Shown piece after piece: positions 15,900-24,168 of a DNA stretch of 32,000 nt. Source of the DNA: Zymomonas mobilis subsp. mobilis ATCC 10988 (GTDB lineage: Bacteria > Pseudomonadota > Alphaproteobacteria > Sphingomonadales > Sphingomonadaceae); NCBI RefSeq assembly GCF_000175255.2, contig NC_017262.1, forward strand, positions 1,590,001 to 1,622,000, given 5' to 3'. The notes beneath the pieces are model-generated. The model saw only the letters and a list, made by a program, of their open reading frames with translations, searched no databases and was not told the DNA's origin. The stretch's first letter is position 1. Every line of letters begins with the position of its first letter. Made by a program: the position numbers and the translations under genes.

Positions 15900-17021
15900 T
15901 TAAGGCTTTTTCTGTCCTAAATCAGAATTTTCCGGCGACGGAAGAGATTTCTTTTCTGGATCGGGGGAAATTGTTTTTTCGGTCGGGGCGGTTATCGCTT
16001 GCTCCGACTTTTCTTTCATATTTACCGTCTGGCTCGTCTGGCTCGTCTGGCTCGTCTGGCTCGTCTGGCTCGTCTGGCTCGTCTGGCTCGTCTGGCTCGT
16101 CTGGCTCGTCTGGCTCGTCTGGCTCGTCTGGCTCGGAGTCGGGGTATCATTGCCCTTTGCCTTGGATTCCAGATCCGCTACGGCATTATCAAGCGCAGGG
16201 TCACCCGTCGAAGTCGATGTCGATGAGGTGTCATCTAACCCGCTGCTGCTTAAATCGGCATCGGTGATCGCGGCATTGCTTGATTTATTGCCCGGTGCAT
16301 CCTGATCCATGATCTGGGCGCGCCGATGCTGCAAGAAAGCTGAGCGAGCAGCCGCATAAGGATCCAGACTGCTTTCGAGGAAAGAATCAGCCCCTGATTC
16401 CGCCATTTGGGCGCGCATTTTTACAACGCTGACAACTGCGATGGCATAGGTCGCTGCATTCGGGACAAAATGACATTCACGGACGCAATAGCTAAAGGGA
16501 TCAGCCCATTGGGCAATACCGGTACCAACGGCATCGCGCATCGTGGTTGGCCCCATGAAGGGTAAAACGAAATAAGGCCCGCCATTCATGCCCCAACGCG
16601 CCATGGTTTGACCAAAATCTTCGACTGTCGAAACCACCCCTATTTTTGTAGCGGTATCGCGAATACCACCAATTCCGACCGTTGTGTTAATAGCGAGACG
16701 CGCGATGTTTTTCCCTGCCAGATAGGGTTTGCCCTGCAATAGGTTGTTAATGGCGTTAAAAGGCTCTTCAAGATTGGCAAAGATACGGATAATAGCCTTG
16801 CGAACCGGCTCCGGCACTTTTTTGTTATAATATTTGGCAACCGGCTGCATCACCAACTTGTCGGCTTTGGAATTGATATTCCAGACTTTGCGGTTGAATT
16901 TTTCCAGCGGGTCTGTCTGGGCAAGGGTATCTGTGCCGGGCGTAATGGTACAGCCGCCCAAGAGCGCTAGGGCAGAGAAAGACACAAGGGCGGGTCTAAG
17001 AAGAGATTTTGGCGCAGTCAT
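15900..17021 (-). CDS. mlaA: MlaA/VacJ outer-membrane lipoprotein with a long repetitive C-terminal tail
   Basis: Lipobox LALLGGCT. The VacJ core FNRKVWNINSKADKLVMQPVAKYYNKKVPEPVRKAIIRIFANLEEPFNAINNLLQGK is characteristic. I prefer the ATG at 17021 over the TTG at 17048. The C-terminal 135 aa or so are S/T/D/P-rich and include (SQT)12. Confidence 0.85.
   Translation of the reverse strand: MTAPKSLLRPALVSFSALALLGGCTITPGTDTLAQTDPLEKFNRKVWNINSKADKLVMQPVAKYYNKKVPEPVRKAIIRIFANLEEPFNAINNLLQGKPYLAGKNIARLAINTTVGIGGIRDTATKIGVVSTVEDFGQTMARWGMNGGPYFVLPFMGPTTMRDAVGTGIAQWADPFSYCVRECHFVPNAATYAIAVVSVVKMRAQMAESGADSFLESSLDPYAAARSAFLQHRRAQIMDQDAPGNKSSNAAITDADLSSSGLDDTSSTSTSTGDPALDNAVADLESKAKGNDTPTPSQTSQTSQTSQTSQTSQTSQTSQTSQTSQTSQTSQTVNMKEKSEQAITAPTEKTISPDPEKKSLPSPENSDLGQKKP
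16027..16134. repeat. Perfect tandem repeat, 9 bp x 12 (gtctggctc), in frame within mlaA and encoding (SQT)12
   Basis: I counted twelve identical contiguous copies of gtctggctc directly from the sequence, with no variant copies. Confidence 0.97.
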
Positions 17022-17091
17022 CACGAAGCGGTGCCATAGCAAAAACAATTACACAAGTCGTTGACTTTTATTAGTATCAACGATTATCCTC

Positions 17092-17107
17092 ATAAAGATA
17101 TCTTTAT
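17092..17107. promoter_or_regulatory. Perfect 16-bp palindrome in the mlaA / ArsR-methyltransferase divergent region, candidate operator
   Basis: ataaagat|atctttat is fully self-complementary (GATATC core). It is immediately followed by a second atatctt copy (17106-17112). Confidence 0.3.
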
Positions 17108-17275
17108 ATCTTGAATTAACCATTGGGTATGACCCATATCCTGTGTTTTCCCGACCGATAGAACAAAAGGAAATCGCTCCTTAGGTTTTAGAGAAAGTGA
17201 CAGTTTCTATTATTATATTTTCAAAAAGTTAAAAGTAACAAAATGATAACAGGGTAGAAAAGGCCACCAAGATTT

Positions 17276-18220
17276 ATGGATGATTTACTGGCGATTTTTC
17301 GTGCTTTAACGGATCCAACGCGCATACGTATATTATTGTTATTGCATGAAATGGAGTTGTCCATAGGCGAAATCGCCCAGATTTTAGGACAAAGCCAACC
17401 CCGAGTCTCGCGCCATGTAAAGGTTTTGGTGGATGCTGGTCTTGTGGTGAGACGCAAAGAAGGCAGTTGGGTTTTTTTACATCTTGGGAAAAAAGAACGC
17501 CTGCAACCGCTGTTTTCTGCCTTGGACATTTGGGATCAGGAAAAATCATGGCGGAATACCGACCATGCCCGTTTAAAGGCCGTTTTGCTTGATCGTGCGG
17601 CCGCTGCCTCCCGTTATTTTGAAGCCCATGCACCGGAATGGGACTCGATTCGTTCGATGCATGTTGCGGAATCCGAAGTCGAGCAGGCTATCTTGTCCAT
17701 TATTGGCGATAGAAAAATCGGCCGATTAGTCGATATCGGCACGGGCACGGGGCGGATGCTGGAGCTGCTAGGGTCACAAGCGGACAAAATGATCGGTGTT
17801 GATCGTAGCCCCGAAATGCTTCGAATCGCCCGCACTAAATTAACCGGTAAAAATTTACCCCAAGCCAGCCTTTGTCAGGGGGATATGTATGCCCTACCTT
17901 TAGAAAAGAAATCAGCTGATTGGGTCATTCTGCATCAGGTTTTACATTACGCGCAGCAGCCTGCTTTGGCGATCGAAGAAGCGGCAAGAGTGCTCGATAA
18001 AAACGGGCATTTGCTGATTATTGATTTTGCCTCCCACGATAAAGAAGAACTTCGTCTCAACAACGCACATGCCCGTCTTGGCTTTTCGGATGACCAAATC
18101 AATGAATGGTTTTTGTCATCAGGCCTCATGACCCAAAAAATCGAGCAGTTAAAGGGCGGTAGTCTGACGGTCAAATTATGGCTGGCAACGCGTTCGGATA
18201 GTCTTTCAAGAAAGAGTTAA
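17276..18220 (+). CDS. ArsR-family wHTH fused to a class I SAM-methyltransferase-like domain (SahR-like regulator of the methyl cycle)
   Basis: N terminus LTDPTRIRILLLLHEMELSIGEIAQILGQSQPRVSRHVKVL is an ArsR/SmtB HTH. The C-terminal domain carries SAM-binding motif I, VDIGTGTGRMLE. The stop lies 4 nt before metF. Confidence 0.7.
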   Translation: MDDLLAIFRALTDPTRIRILLLLHEMELSIGEIAQILGQSQPRVSRHVKVLVDAGLVVRRKEGSWVFLHLGKKERLQPLFSALDIWDQEKSWRNTDHARLKAVLLDRAAAASRYFEAHAPEWDSIRSMHVAESEVEQAILSIIGDRKIGRLVDIGTGTGRMLELLGSQADKMIGVDRSPEMLRIARTKLTGKNLPQASLCQGDMYALPLEKKSADWVILHQVLHYAQQPALAIEEAARVLDKNGHLLIIDFASHDKEELRLNNAHARLGFSDDQINEWFLSSGLMTQKIEQLKGGSLTVKLWLATRSDSLSRKS

Positions 18221-18224
18221 ACAT

Positions 18225-19130
18225 ATGGAACGGATACTTAGAGAAAATCCGAATTTTGTCGCAGAACCGTTTCTGGGCGAGAAAGAACCTCATATCTCTT
18301 TTGAGTTCTTCCCGCCCAAAAATGAAGAAGCCGACAAGCTGTTGTGGCAATCTGTTGAACGTTTGGCACCGTTGAAACCGCGCTTCATGTCTGTAACCTA
18401 TGGGGCAGGCGGCTCTACCCGTGAAAGAACACGGGCAACGGTGACTCGAATTGCACGGGAAACGACGATTCCAGCGGTAGCGCATTTGACTTGTGTTAAT
18501 GCCAGCCGTGATGAAATTGACGATATCGCCCGGGATTATTGGGATGCAGGTATCCGTCATATTGTCGCATTACGGGGCGATCCGCCCGGGGGTGAGCGTT
18601 TTCAGGCACGCCCTGATGGTTATGCCAATGCGGTTGAATTGGTCGAAGGTCTGAAACGGATAGCGCCTTTTGAAATTTCGGTTGCCTGTTATCCCGAAAC
18701 CCATCCGCAAGCATTAAGCCCAGAAGCTGATATCGAGTTTTTGAAACGGAAATTCGATGCCGGAGCGACCAGAGCGATCAGTCAGTTTTTCCTTTCGGCG
18801 GATGTTTTCTTGCGCTTCCGTGATCGGGTCGCCGCCGCTGGTATTACGGCTGAAATTTTACCCGGTATTATGCCGACGTCCAATATTAGCGGGTTAAGGC
18901 GGATGGCCGATAGCTGTGGTATTGCGATACCCGAAAAACTTGGCCGTTTGATGGAAAGCCTTGATAAAGATGACCCGTCTGTCAAACAGATGGTGTCTAT
19001 GGCGGTAACCTCCGATTTATGCAGCCAGCTGGCAAGGGAAGGGGTGGATTCTTTCCATTTCTATACCATGAATCGGGCTGAAATTACCTCTGCCCTTTGT
19101 CGCCTTTTAGGCAGACAACCTGTGGCCTGA
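18225..19130 (+). CDS. metF: 5,10-methylenetetrahydrofolate reductase MetF
   Basis: ISFEFFPPK and VTYGAGGSTRERT are the conserved MetF N-terminal blocks. 301 aa. Confidence 0.92.
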   Translation: MERILRENPNFVAEPFLGEKEPHISFEFFPPKNEEADKLLWQSVERLAPLKPRFMSVTYGAGGSTRERTRATVTRIARETTIPAVAHLTCVNASRDEIDDIARDYWDAGIRHIVALRGDPPGGERFQARPDGYANAVELVEGLKRIAPFEISVACYPETHPQALSPEADIEFLKRKFDAGATRAISQFFLSADVFLRFRDRVAAAGITAEILPGIMPTSNISGLRRMADSCGIAIPEKLGRLMESLDKDDPSVKQMVSMAVTSDLCSQLAREGVDSFHFYTMNRAEITSALCRLLGRQPVA

Positions 19131-19198
19131 AAATAATGACAGCCGGAACAAGAACGGCTATCTAGCCGATGAAAAGCGGCTGAAAAGGAAAAGCGGTC

Positions 19199-20254
19199 AT
19201 GAAAAAGAGCATAGCAGCAGAACGTCTTCGGGAAGAGGCAAGCAAGCGTATCTTGCTGACAGATGGTGCTTTTGGCACAATGATTCAGCGCTATAATCTG
19301 GATGAGGCCGCCTATCGGGGCAAGTATGATCTGGGTCACGACCAAAAAGGGAATAATGACCTTTTGGTATTGACCCGTCCCGATGTTATTGATGCCATTA
19401 CCCGCGCTTATCTGGATGCGGGTTCTGATATGGTTTCGACCAATAGTTTCAACGCCAACAAGATCAGCCAGTCGGATTATAATGCCGAATCTCTGGTCAC
19501 TGATATGAACCGCCAAGCGGCGGCGATTGCCAGAAAGGCCGCTGATGAATATCAGGCAAAAGATGGTCGCCCCCGCTTTGTTGCCGGCGCTGTTGGCCCC
19601 ACCAATAAAACGCTTTCATTATCGCCGGATGTCAATGACCCAGGCTATCGTGCGATTGATTTCGATCACCTGAAAGAGGTCTATGCCCATCAAGTATCCG
19701 GCCTGATCGAAGGCGGTGCCGATTTTATCCTTATTGAGACTATTTTTGATACCCTGAATGCCAAGGCTGGTATCATGGCCGTACTTGAGGAAAGTCAGCG
19801 GTTACAGCGCGAAATCCCGATGATGATTTCGATGACTATCACCGATATGTCAGGACGCAATCTTTCGGGTCATTCTATCGAAGCCTTTTGGTATGCAGTG
19901 CGCCATGCCAAGCCATTGACGATTGGCCTCAACTGTTCTTTCGGGGCAGATAAATTGCGGTCGCATGTCAAAACGCTTTCCGCTTTGGCCGATACTTTGT
20001 TGATGGCTTATCCGAATGCAGGCTTGCCCAATGATTTAGGGCAATATGACGAAATGCCCGAAACTACGGGGCATTTTATCGAAGAATGGGCGCAATCCGG
20101 TATGGTCAATATTGTGGGCGGTTGTTGTGGCTCAACGCCTGAACATATTGCTGCCATGGCCAAAGCTGTGAAGGGCTATCCCCCCAGAAAATCGGCCAAA
20201 ATGGCACCGGCGATGCGTCTTGCCGGACTCGACCCGATGATTGTTCCGGCCTGA
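19199..20254 (+). CDS. metH: Methionine synthase, stand-alone homocysteine-binding (S-methyltransferase) module
   Basis: [20 protein letters not shown] and [11 protein letters not shown] (Zn-ligand cysteines) correspond to the MetH N-terminal Hcy domain. It ends at [12 protein letters not shown], exactly at the Hcy/pterin interdomain linker of single-chain MetH. Confidence 0.88.
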   Translation: MKKSIAAERLREEASKRILLTDGAFGTMIQRYNLDEAAYRGKYDLGHDQKGNNDLLVLTRPDVIDAITRAYLDAGSDMVSTNSFNANKISQSDYNAESLVTDMNRQAAAIARKAADEYQAKDGRPRFVAGAVGPTNKTLSLSPDVNDPGYRAIDFDHLKEVYAHQVSGLIEGGADFILIETIFDTLNAKAGIMAVLEESQRLQREIPMMISMTITDMSGRNLSGHSIEAFWYAVRHAKPLTIGLNCSFGADKLRSHVKTLSALADTLLMAYPNAGLPNDLGQYDEMPETTGHFIEEWAQSGMVNIVGGCCGSTPEHIAAMAKAVKGYPPRKSAKMAPAMRLAGLDPMIVPA

Positions 20255-20272
20255 TCGGCCTAGACCGTCTTT

Positions 20273-20298
20273 TCCTGTTTTCTATTCCTGTTTTCTAT
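20273..20298. repeat. Perfect 13-bp tandem duplication (tcctgttttctat x 2) in the spacer between the two metH pieces
   Basis: Read directly: 20273-20285 and 20286-20298 are identical. Confidence 0.95.
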
Positions 20299-20316
20299 TT
20301 TTCGGATCTTGTAACC

Positions 20317-22929
20317 GTGACAGAGCTTTCCACTGACAACAATAAAGCCGCTCGTTTTTTCAATATTGGTGAACGCACCAATGTGACCGGTTCTGCCCGT
20401 TTTAAAAAGCTGATTTTATCAGGGGATTATGCGACCGCTGTCGAAGTGGCGCGGCAGCAGGTTGAAAATGGCGCGCAGATTATTGACGTCAATATGGACG
20501 AAGGTCTGTTAGATGCCAAAGAGGCGATGGTTACTTTCCTTCGGCTGTTCATGGCTGAACCGGATATTGCCCGTTTGCCGATCATGGTCGACAGTTCCCG
20601 TTGGGAAGTCATCGAAGCCGGTCTGCAATGCGTTTCCGGCAAACCCATCATCAATTCAATCAGCATGAAAGAAGGGGAAGAACCCTTTTTAGCCCATGCC
20701 CGTGTGGCAATGGCCTATGGTGCGGCTGTTGTGGTGATGGCCTTTGATGAAAAAGGGCAGGCCGACAGCCGCGATCGCAAAATTGAAATCTGCAAAAGAG
20801 CCTATAACCTTTTAACAGGTATCGGTTTTCCGGCTGAAGATATTATCTTCGATCCCAATATTTTTGCTGTTGCTACCGGTATTGATGAACATCGCCGCTA
20901 TGCGATCGATTTTATCGAAGCCTGTCGCGAAATTCGGCGAATTTGCCCTCATACCCATATTTCGGGCGGGGTTTCCAACCTGTCCTTCTCCTTCCGAGGC
21001 AATGAGCCGGTTCGTCGAGCCATGCACAGCGTTTTTCTCTATCATACGGTGCAAGCCGGTATGGATATGGGGATTGTGAATGCCGGACAGCTTGATGTCT
21101 ATGACGTGATTGATCCGGTACTTCGCGAGGCCTGCGAAGATGTCATCTGGGATCGCCGCGAAGATGCCACCGAAAGACTGATTACCCTTGCCGAAAATTA
21201 TCGGCAGGATGGCAGCCAACCGGATAAGAAAACAGAAGAATGGCGCAGTTATGAAGTCCGCAAGCGGCTCGAATATGCGTTGGTTAAAGGCATTGATTCC
21301 CATATCATTGAAGATACGGAAGAAGCGCGTTTAGTCAGTGACCGTCCGATTGAGGTCATCGAAGGGCCTTTAATGGATGGCATGAATGTCGTTGGTGATC
21401 TGTTCGGTAGCGGGAAAATGTTCCTGCCACAGGTCGTAAAATCTGCCCGCGTCATGAAAAAAGCGGTGGCCTATTTGTTGCCTTATATCGAGGCGGCCAA
21501 AGATAAAAATGCCCGTGCCAAAGGGCGCATTATCATGGCGACCGTTAAAGGCGATGTTCATGATATCGGTAAAAATATTGTCGGTGTTGTGCTGCAATGT
21601 AACGGTTACGAAGTGATTGACCTTGGCGTTATGGTGCCTTGGGAAAAAATTATTGAAGCGATTAAAGAACATGATGCCGATATTGTCGGCCTTTCCGGTT
21701 TGATTACGCCTTCCTTGGATGAAATGGTAACGGCCGCTACCGAGATGGAGCGCGCCGGAATAAAAATTCCTCTGATGATTGGCGGGGCAACGACGTCCAA
21801 GGCGCATACGGCATTACGGATTGATCCGGTTTATTCGGGATGTGTTATTCATGTGCTGGATGCGTCCCGTTCGGTCGGGGTCGCTTCTGCCTTGTTATCG
21901 GATACCCAGCATGATCAATTCGTGAAGGATACGGCCGAAGCCTATCAAAAAATTCGTGAGGCCAGAAGCGGTAACAAGCAATCGAAATTATTGCCAATCG
22001 AACAAGCGCGCAAAAATGCTTTTGTTATTGATCCGGCCTTAAAACCGGCGGCACCGAAACAGCCGGGCATCCATCTGTTTAAAGAATGGGATTTAGCCGA
22101 ATTACGCGCCTATATTGATTGGACGCCCTTCTTTCGGGCATGGGAATTGGCTGGTAATTTTCCTGCTATTTTGGAAGATGAAATTGTCGGAGAGACAGCT
22201 ACTTCTCTCTATCAGGATGCGCAGGCCATGCTTGATCAACTGATCGAAGAAAAATGGCTAACGGCACAGGCCATTGTCGGATTATGGCCATGTCGCCGCC
22301 GTGGTGATGATATCTTGGTCAATGATAATGGCAAAGAAATCTGCCTTCCGATGTTGCGGCAACAAATGGAAAAACGTGCCGATCGGGCGAATATGTGTCT
22401 TGCTGATTTTATCACGGAAGAAGATGACTGGATCGGCGGTTTTGCTTTGACGACTGGCCACGGTATTGAAAGTCATCTGGCGCGTTTCCGTGCTGAAAAT
22501 GACGATTATCACGATATTTTATTAAAGGCTTTGGCGGATCGCTTTGCTGAGGCCTTGGCTGAAAGGCTCCATCAATATGTCAGAACGACGCTTTGGGGGT
22601 ATGCCGAGGAAGAAAATTGCGACAATCTCGCCCTGATACAGGAAAAATATAAAGGTATCCGGCCTGCGCCCGGTTATCCGGCCTGTCCCGATCACAGTTT
22701 AAAAACGATCCTTTTTGATATGCTGGATGTGACGCGGTCTATCAATGTCACTTTGACAGACAGCTTGGCTATGTGGCCAACGGCGGCTGTTTCGGGATTC
22801 TATTTCGGACATCCGCAATCCAGCTATTTCGGCGTTGCCCGTATCGGTGAAGATCAATTGGAAGATTATGCGGTTCGTCGTGGTGTTGAACTCGATATAG
22901 CGAGAAGGTGGTTGACACCGAACTTATAA
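20317..22929 (+). CDS. metH: Methionine synthase, pterin-binding + B12-cap/B12-binding + AdoMet-activation modules
   Basis: [19 protein letters not shown] (start of the pterin domain), the cobalamin DxHxxG motif in [22 protein letters not shown], and a C-terminal activation domain ([12 protein letters not shown]). GTG at 20317 is the first canonical start in the frame, after the stop at 20140-20142. Confidence 0.9.
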   Translation: MTELSTDNNKAARFFNIGERTNVTGSARFKKLILSGDYATAVEVARQQVENGAQIIDVNMDEGLLDAKEAMVTFLRLFMAEPDIARLPIMVDSSRWEVIEAGLQCVSGKPIINSISMKEGEEPFLAHARVAMAYGAAVVVMAFDEKGQADSRDRKIEICKRAYNLLTGIGFPAEDIIFDPNIFAVATGIDEHRRYAIDFIEACREIRRICPHTHISGGVSNLSFSFRGNEPVRRAMHSVFLYHTVQAGMDMGIVNAGQLDVYDVIDPVLREACEDVIWDRREDATERLITLAENYRQDGSQPDKKTEEWRSYEVRKRLEYALVKGIDSHIIEDTEEARLVSDRPIEVIEGPLMDGMNVVGDLFGSGKMFLPQVVKSARVMKKAVAYLLPYIEAAKDKNARAKGRIIMATVKGDVHDIGKNIVGVVLQCNGYEVIDLGVMVPWEKIIEAIKEHDADIVGLSGLITPSLDEMVTAATEMERAGIKIPLMIGGATTSKAHTALRIDPVYSGCVIHVLDASRSVGVASALLSDTQHDQFVKDTAEAYQKIREARSGNKQSKLLPIEQARKNAFVIDPALKPAAPKQPGIHLFKEWDLAELRAYIDWTPFFRAWELAGNFPAILEDEIVGETATSLYQDAQAMLDQLIEEKWLTAQAIVGLWPCRRRGDDILVNDNGKEICLPMLRQQMEKRADRANMCLADFITEEDDWIGGFALTTGHGIESHLARFRAENDDYHDILLKALADRFAEALAERLHQYVRTTLWGYAEEENCDNLALIQEKYKGIRPAPGYPACPDHSLKTILFDMLDVTRSINVTLTDSLAMWPTAAVSGFYFGHPQSSYFGVARIGEDQLEDYAVRRGVELDIARRWLTPNL

Positions 22930-22988
22930 AAATTCAGATTACTTCTTGTAATTTTTATCACTGAACCGATTATAGATATCATCCGAAG

Positions 22989-23025
22989 AAGGCAATCGGC
23001 CGGTATTTTTGCCTTTGTTTTTCTT
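22989..23025 (+). terminator. Probable rho-independent terminator after metH
   Basis: aaggcaa (22989-22995) pairs with ttgcctt (23009-23015), 13-nt loop, followed by tgtttttctt. Confidence 0.45.
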
Positions 23026-23154
23026 CGTGATCTTTCGGAATAAAGCATCTTTTGGCTGAAAATGGGGGCTTTCTCGCAAGAAATTCGATCATTTTTGAGT
23101 GATCGACTGGGATAATATCATTGCCTCGGCCGGATAAAAACTGAGGAGAGGCGC

Positions 23155-24063
23155 ATGCCTAAAAGGGGGCAGGATAATATTGATATTATGGGCGAAATGA
23201 TCGCGGGCGGTCATGCACCCAGCTTACCGGCAGGTATGCGTCTTTATGCGATCGGGGATATCCATGGTCGGAAAGACCGCTTTGATATCCTGCTCCGGCA
23301 AATCATCGAAGATAACAGTTTGCGCGGCTTGGCTGGACGGGAAGGCACGCATATCGTCCTTCTCGGTGATTATATTGATCGCGGTATGGATTCCAAAGGG
23401 ATGATTGACTTCTTCCTTCACCCTGAACCTTCGGGATTCCATTGGCATTTTGTCGGCGGTAATCATGAAACCGCTATGATCGAAATTTTCTCGGCTGCCC
23501 CGCGGAAAGTCTCACCGGAAAAATTGGCGGATTGGCTTTCCCGTTATGGTGGGCGGGAAACAATGATAAGCTATGGTATTCCAGCAGACGAGATAGATAA
23601 CGCGGCCGTCCAGCTTAAATCCAAGCATGTAACCTTGGAATTTGCTGATAAATTGCTGATGTCATGGCGTGCCAAGATTCCGCCTGCTCATTTTGAATTT
23701 TTATTTGCCTTGCCCGATAGCTTGCAATTCGGTGACTATTTCTTTGCCCATGCTGGTATCAAGCCAGGCATCGCAGTAGAAAAACAGAAAAGCGATGATC
23801 TCCGCCGTATCCGAGGCGAATTTTTAAAAGACGAACGCGATCATGGCGTTGTGGTCGTTCATGGCCATAGTATGAGATCAGAACCGGAAATTCGTCCCAA
23901 CCGTATTGGTATTGATACGGGTGCTTATACTTCTTCGGGGCGGTTGACGGCTGTTGGTCTTGAAGGGCGGTCGCGTTGGCTGTTAGCCTCTGGACAAGCG
24001 GGCGTTATCGGGGCAAATTCTTTAAAAGAAGGGCGTTTGCCCTTTATTCTCAAGGCTTTTTGA
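23155..24063 (+). CDS. Calcineurin-like metallophosphoesterase (PrpA/PrpB-type Ser/Thr phosphatase family)
   Basis: Motifs GDIHGR, GDYIDRG, GGNHE and a later VHGH. SD gaggag 5 nt upstream of the ATG at 23155. Confidence 0.75.
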   Translation: MPKRGQDNIDIMGEMIAGGHAPSLPAGMRLYAIGDIHGRKDRFDILLRQIIEDNSLRGLAGREGTHIVLLGDYIDRGMDSKGMIDFFLHPEPSGFHWHFVGGNHETAMIEIFSAAPRKVSPEKLADWLSRYGGRETMISYGIPADEIDNAAVQLKSKHVTLEFADKLLMSWRAKIPPAHFEFLFALPDSLQFGDYFFAHAGIKPGIAVEKQKSDDLRRIRGEFLKDERDHGVVVVHGHSMRSEPEIRPNRIGIDTGAYTSSGRLTAVGLEGRSRWLLASGQAGVIGANSLKEGRLPFILKAF

Positions 24064-24168
24064 GGATAGCCTTGCTTTTCCTGCCAAGCGGCAAGAGGAA
24101 GATTTTATTCCGGCTGAAAATACGATAAAGGCTAACTTTCTTTTTGGCTCTCACCTGATGGGTAATCT

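Noticed and set aside
16027-16134. The tandem repeat as a possible CRISPR array
   Set aside because: The units are only 9 bp, contiguous with no spacers, and lie in frame within a coding gene. There are no cas genes in the window.
15971-16267. Plus-strand ORFs 15971-16267 and 15999-16226 encoding (SSG)n and (ARL)n
   Set aside because: They are alternative-frame, opposite-strand readings of the 9-bp repeat inside mlaA. The mlaA frame is supported by the conserved VacJ core, and these ORFs have no start context or other support.
17221-17633. Minus-strand ORFs 17221-17529 and 17274-17633 overlapping the start of the ArsR-methyltransferase gene
   Set aside because: They are antisense to a frame with clear ArsR HTH homology. 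Their products are Cys/Arg/Pro-rich nonsense-like sequences.
18171-19516. Minus-strand ORFs 18171-18560 (129 aa) and 19061-19516 (151 aa)
   Set aside because: They are antisense to metF and to the metH N-terminal module, both of which have diagnostic motifs in the plus frames. There is no independent support.
20812-21807. Minus-strand ORFs of 163 aa (20812-21303) and 145 aa (21370-21807) inside metH
   Set aside because: They are antisense to a strongly conserved metH frame, with no motifs, no SD context and biased composition. I read them as shadow ORFs.
19199-22929. The metH split as a frameshift pseudogene caused by the 13-bp duplication
   Set aside because: The ORF1 stop precedes the duplication, and removing one copy does not bring the frames together. 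The break falls exactly at a domain linker with every module intact, so a functional two-chain enzyme is more likely. It still deserves checking (see findings).
22866-23048. 60-aa minus-strand ORF across the metH stop and terminator
   Set aside because: It overlaps the metH 3' end and the predicted terminator hairpin. It is minimal in length with no start context.
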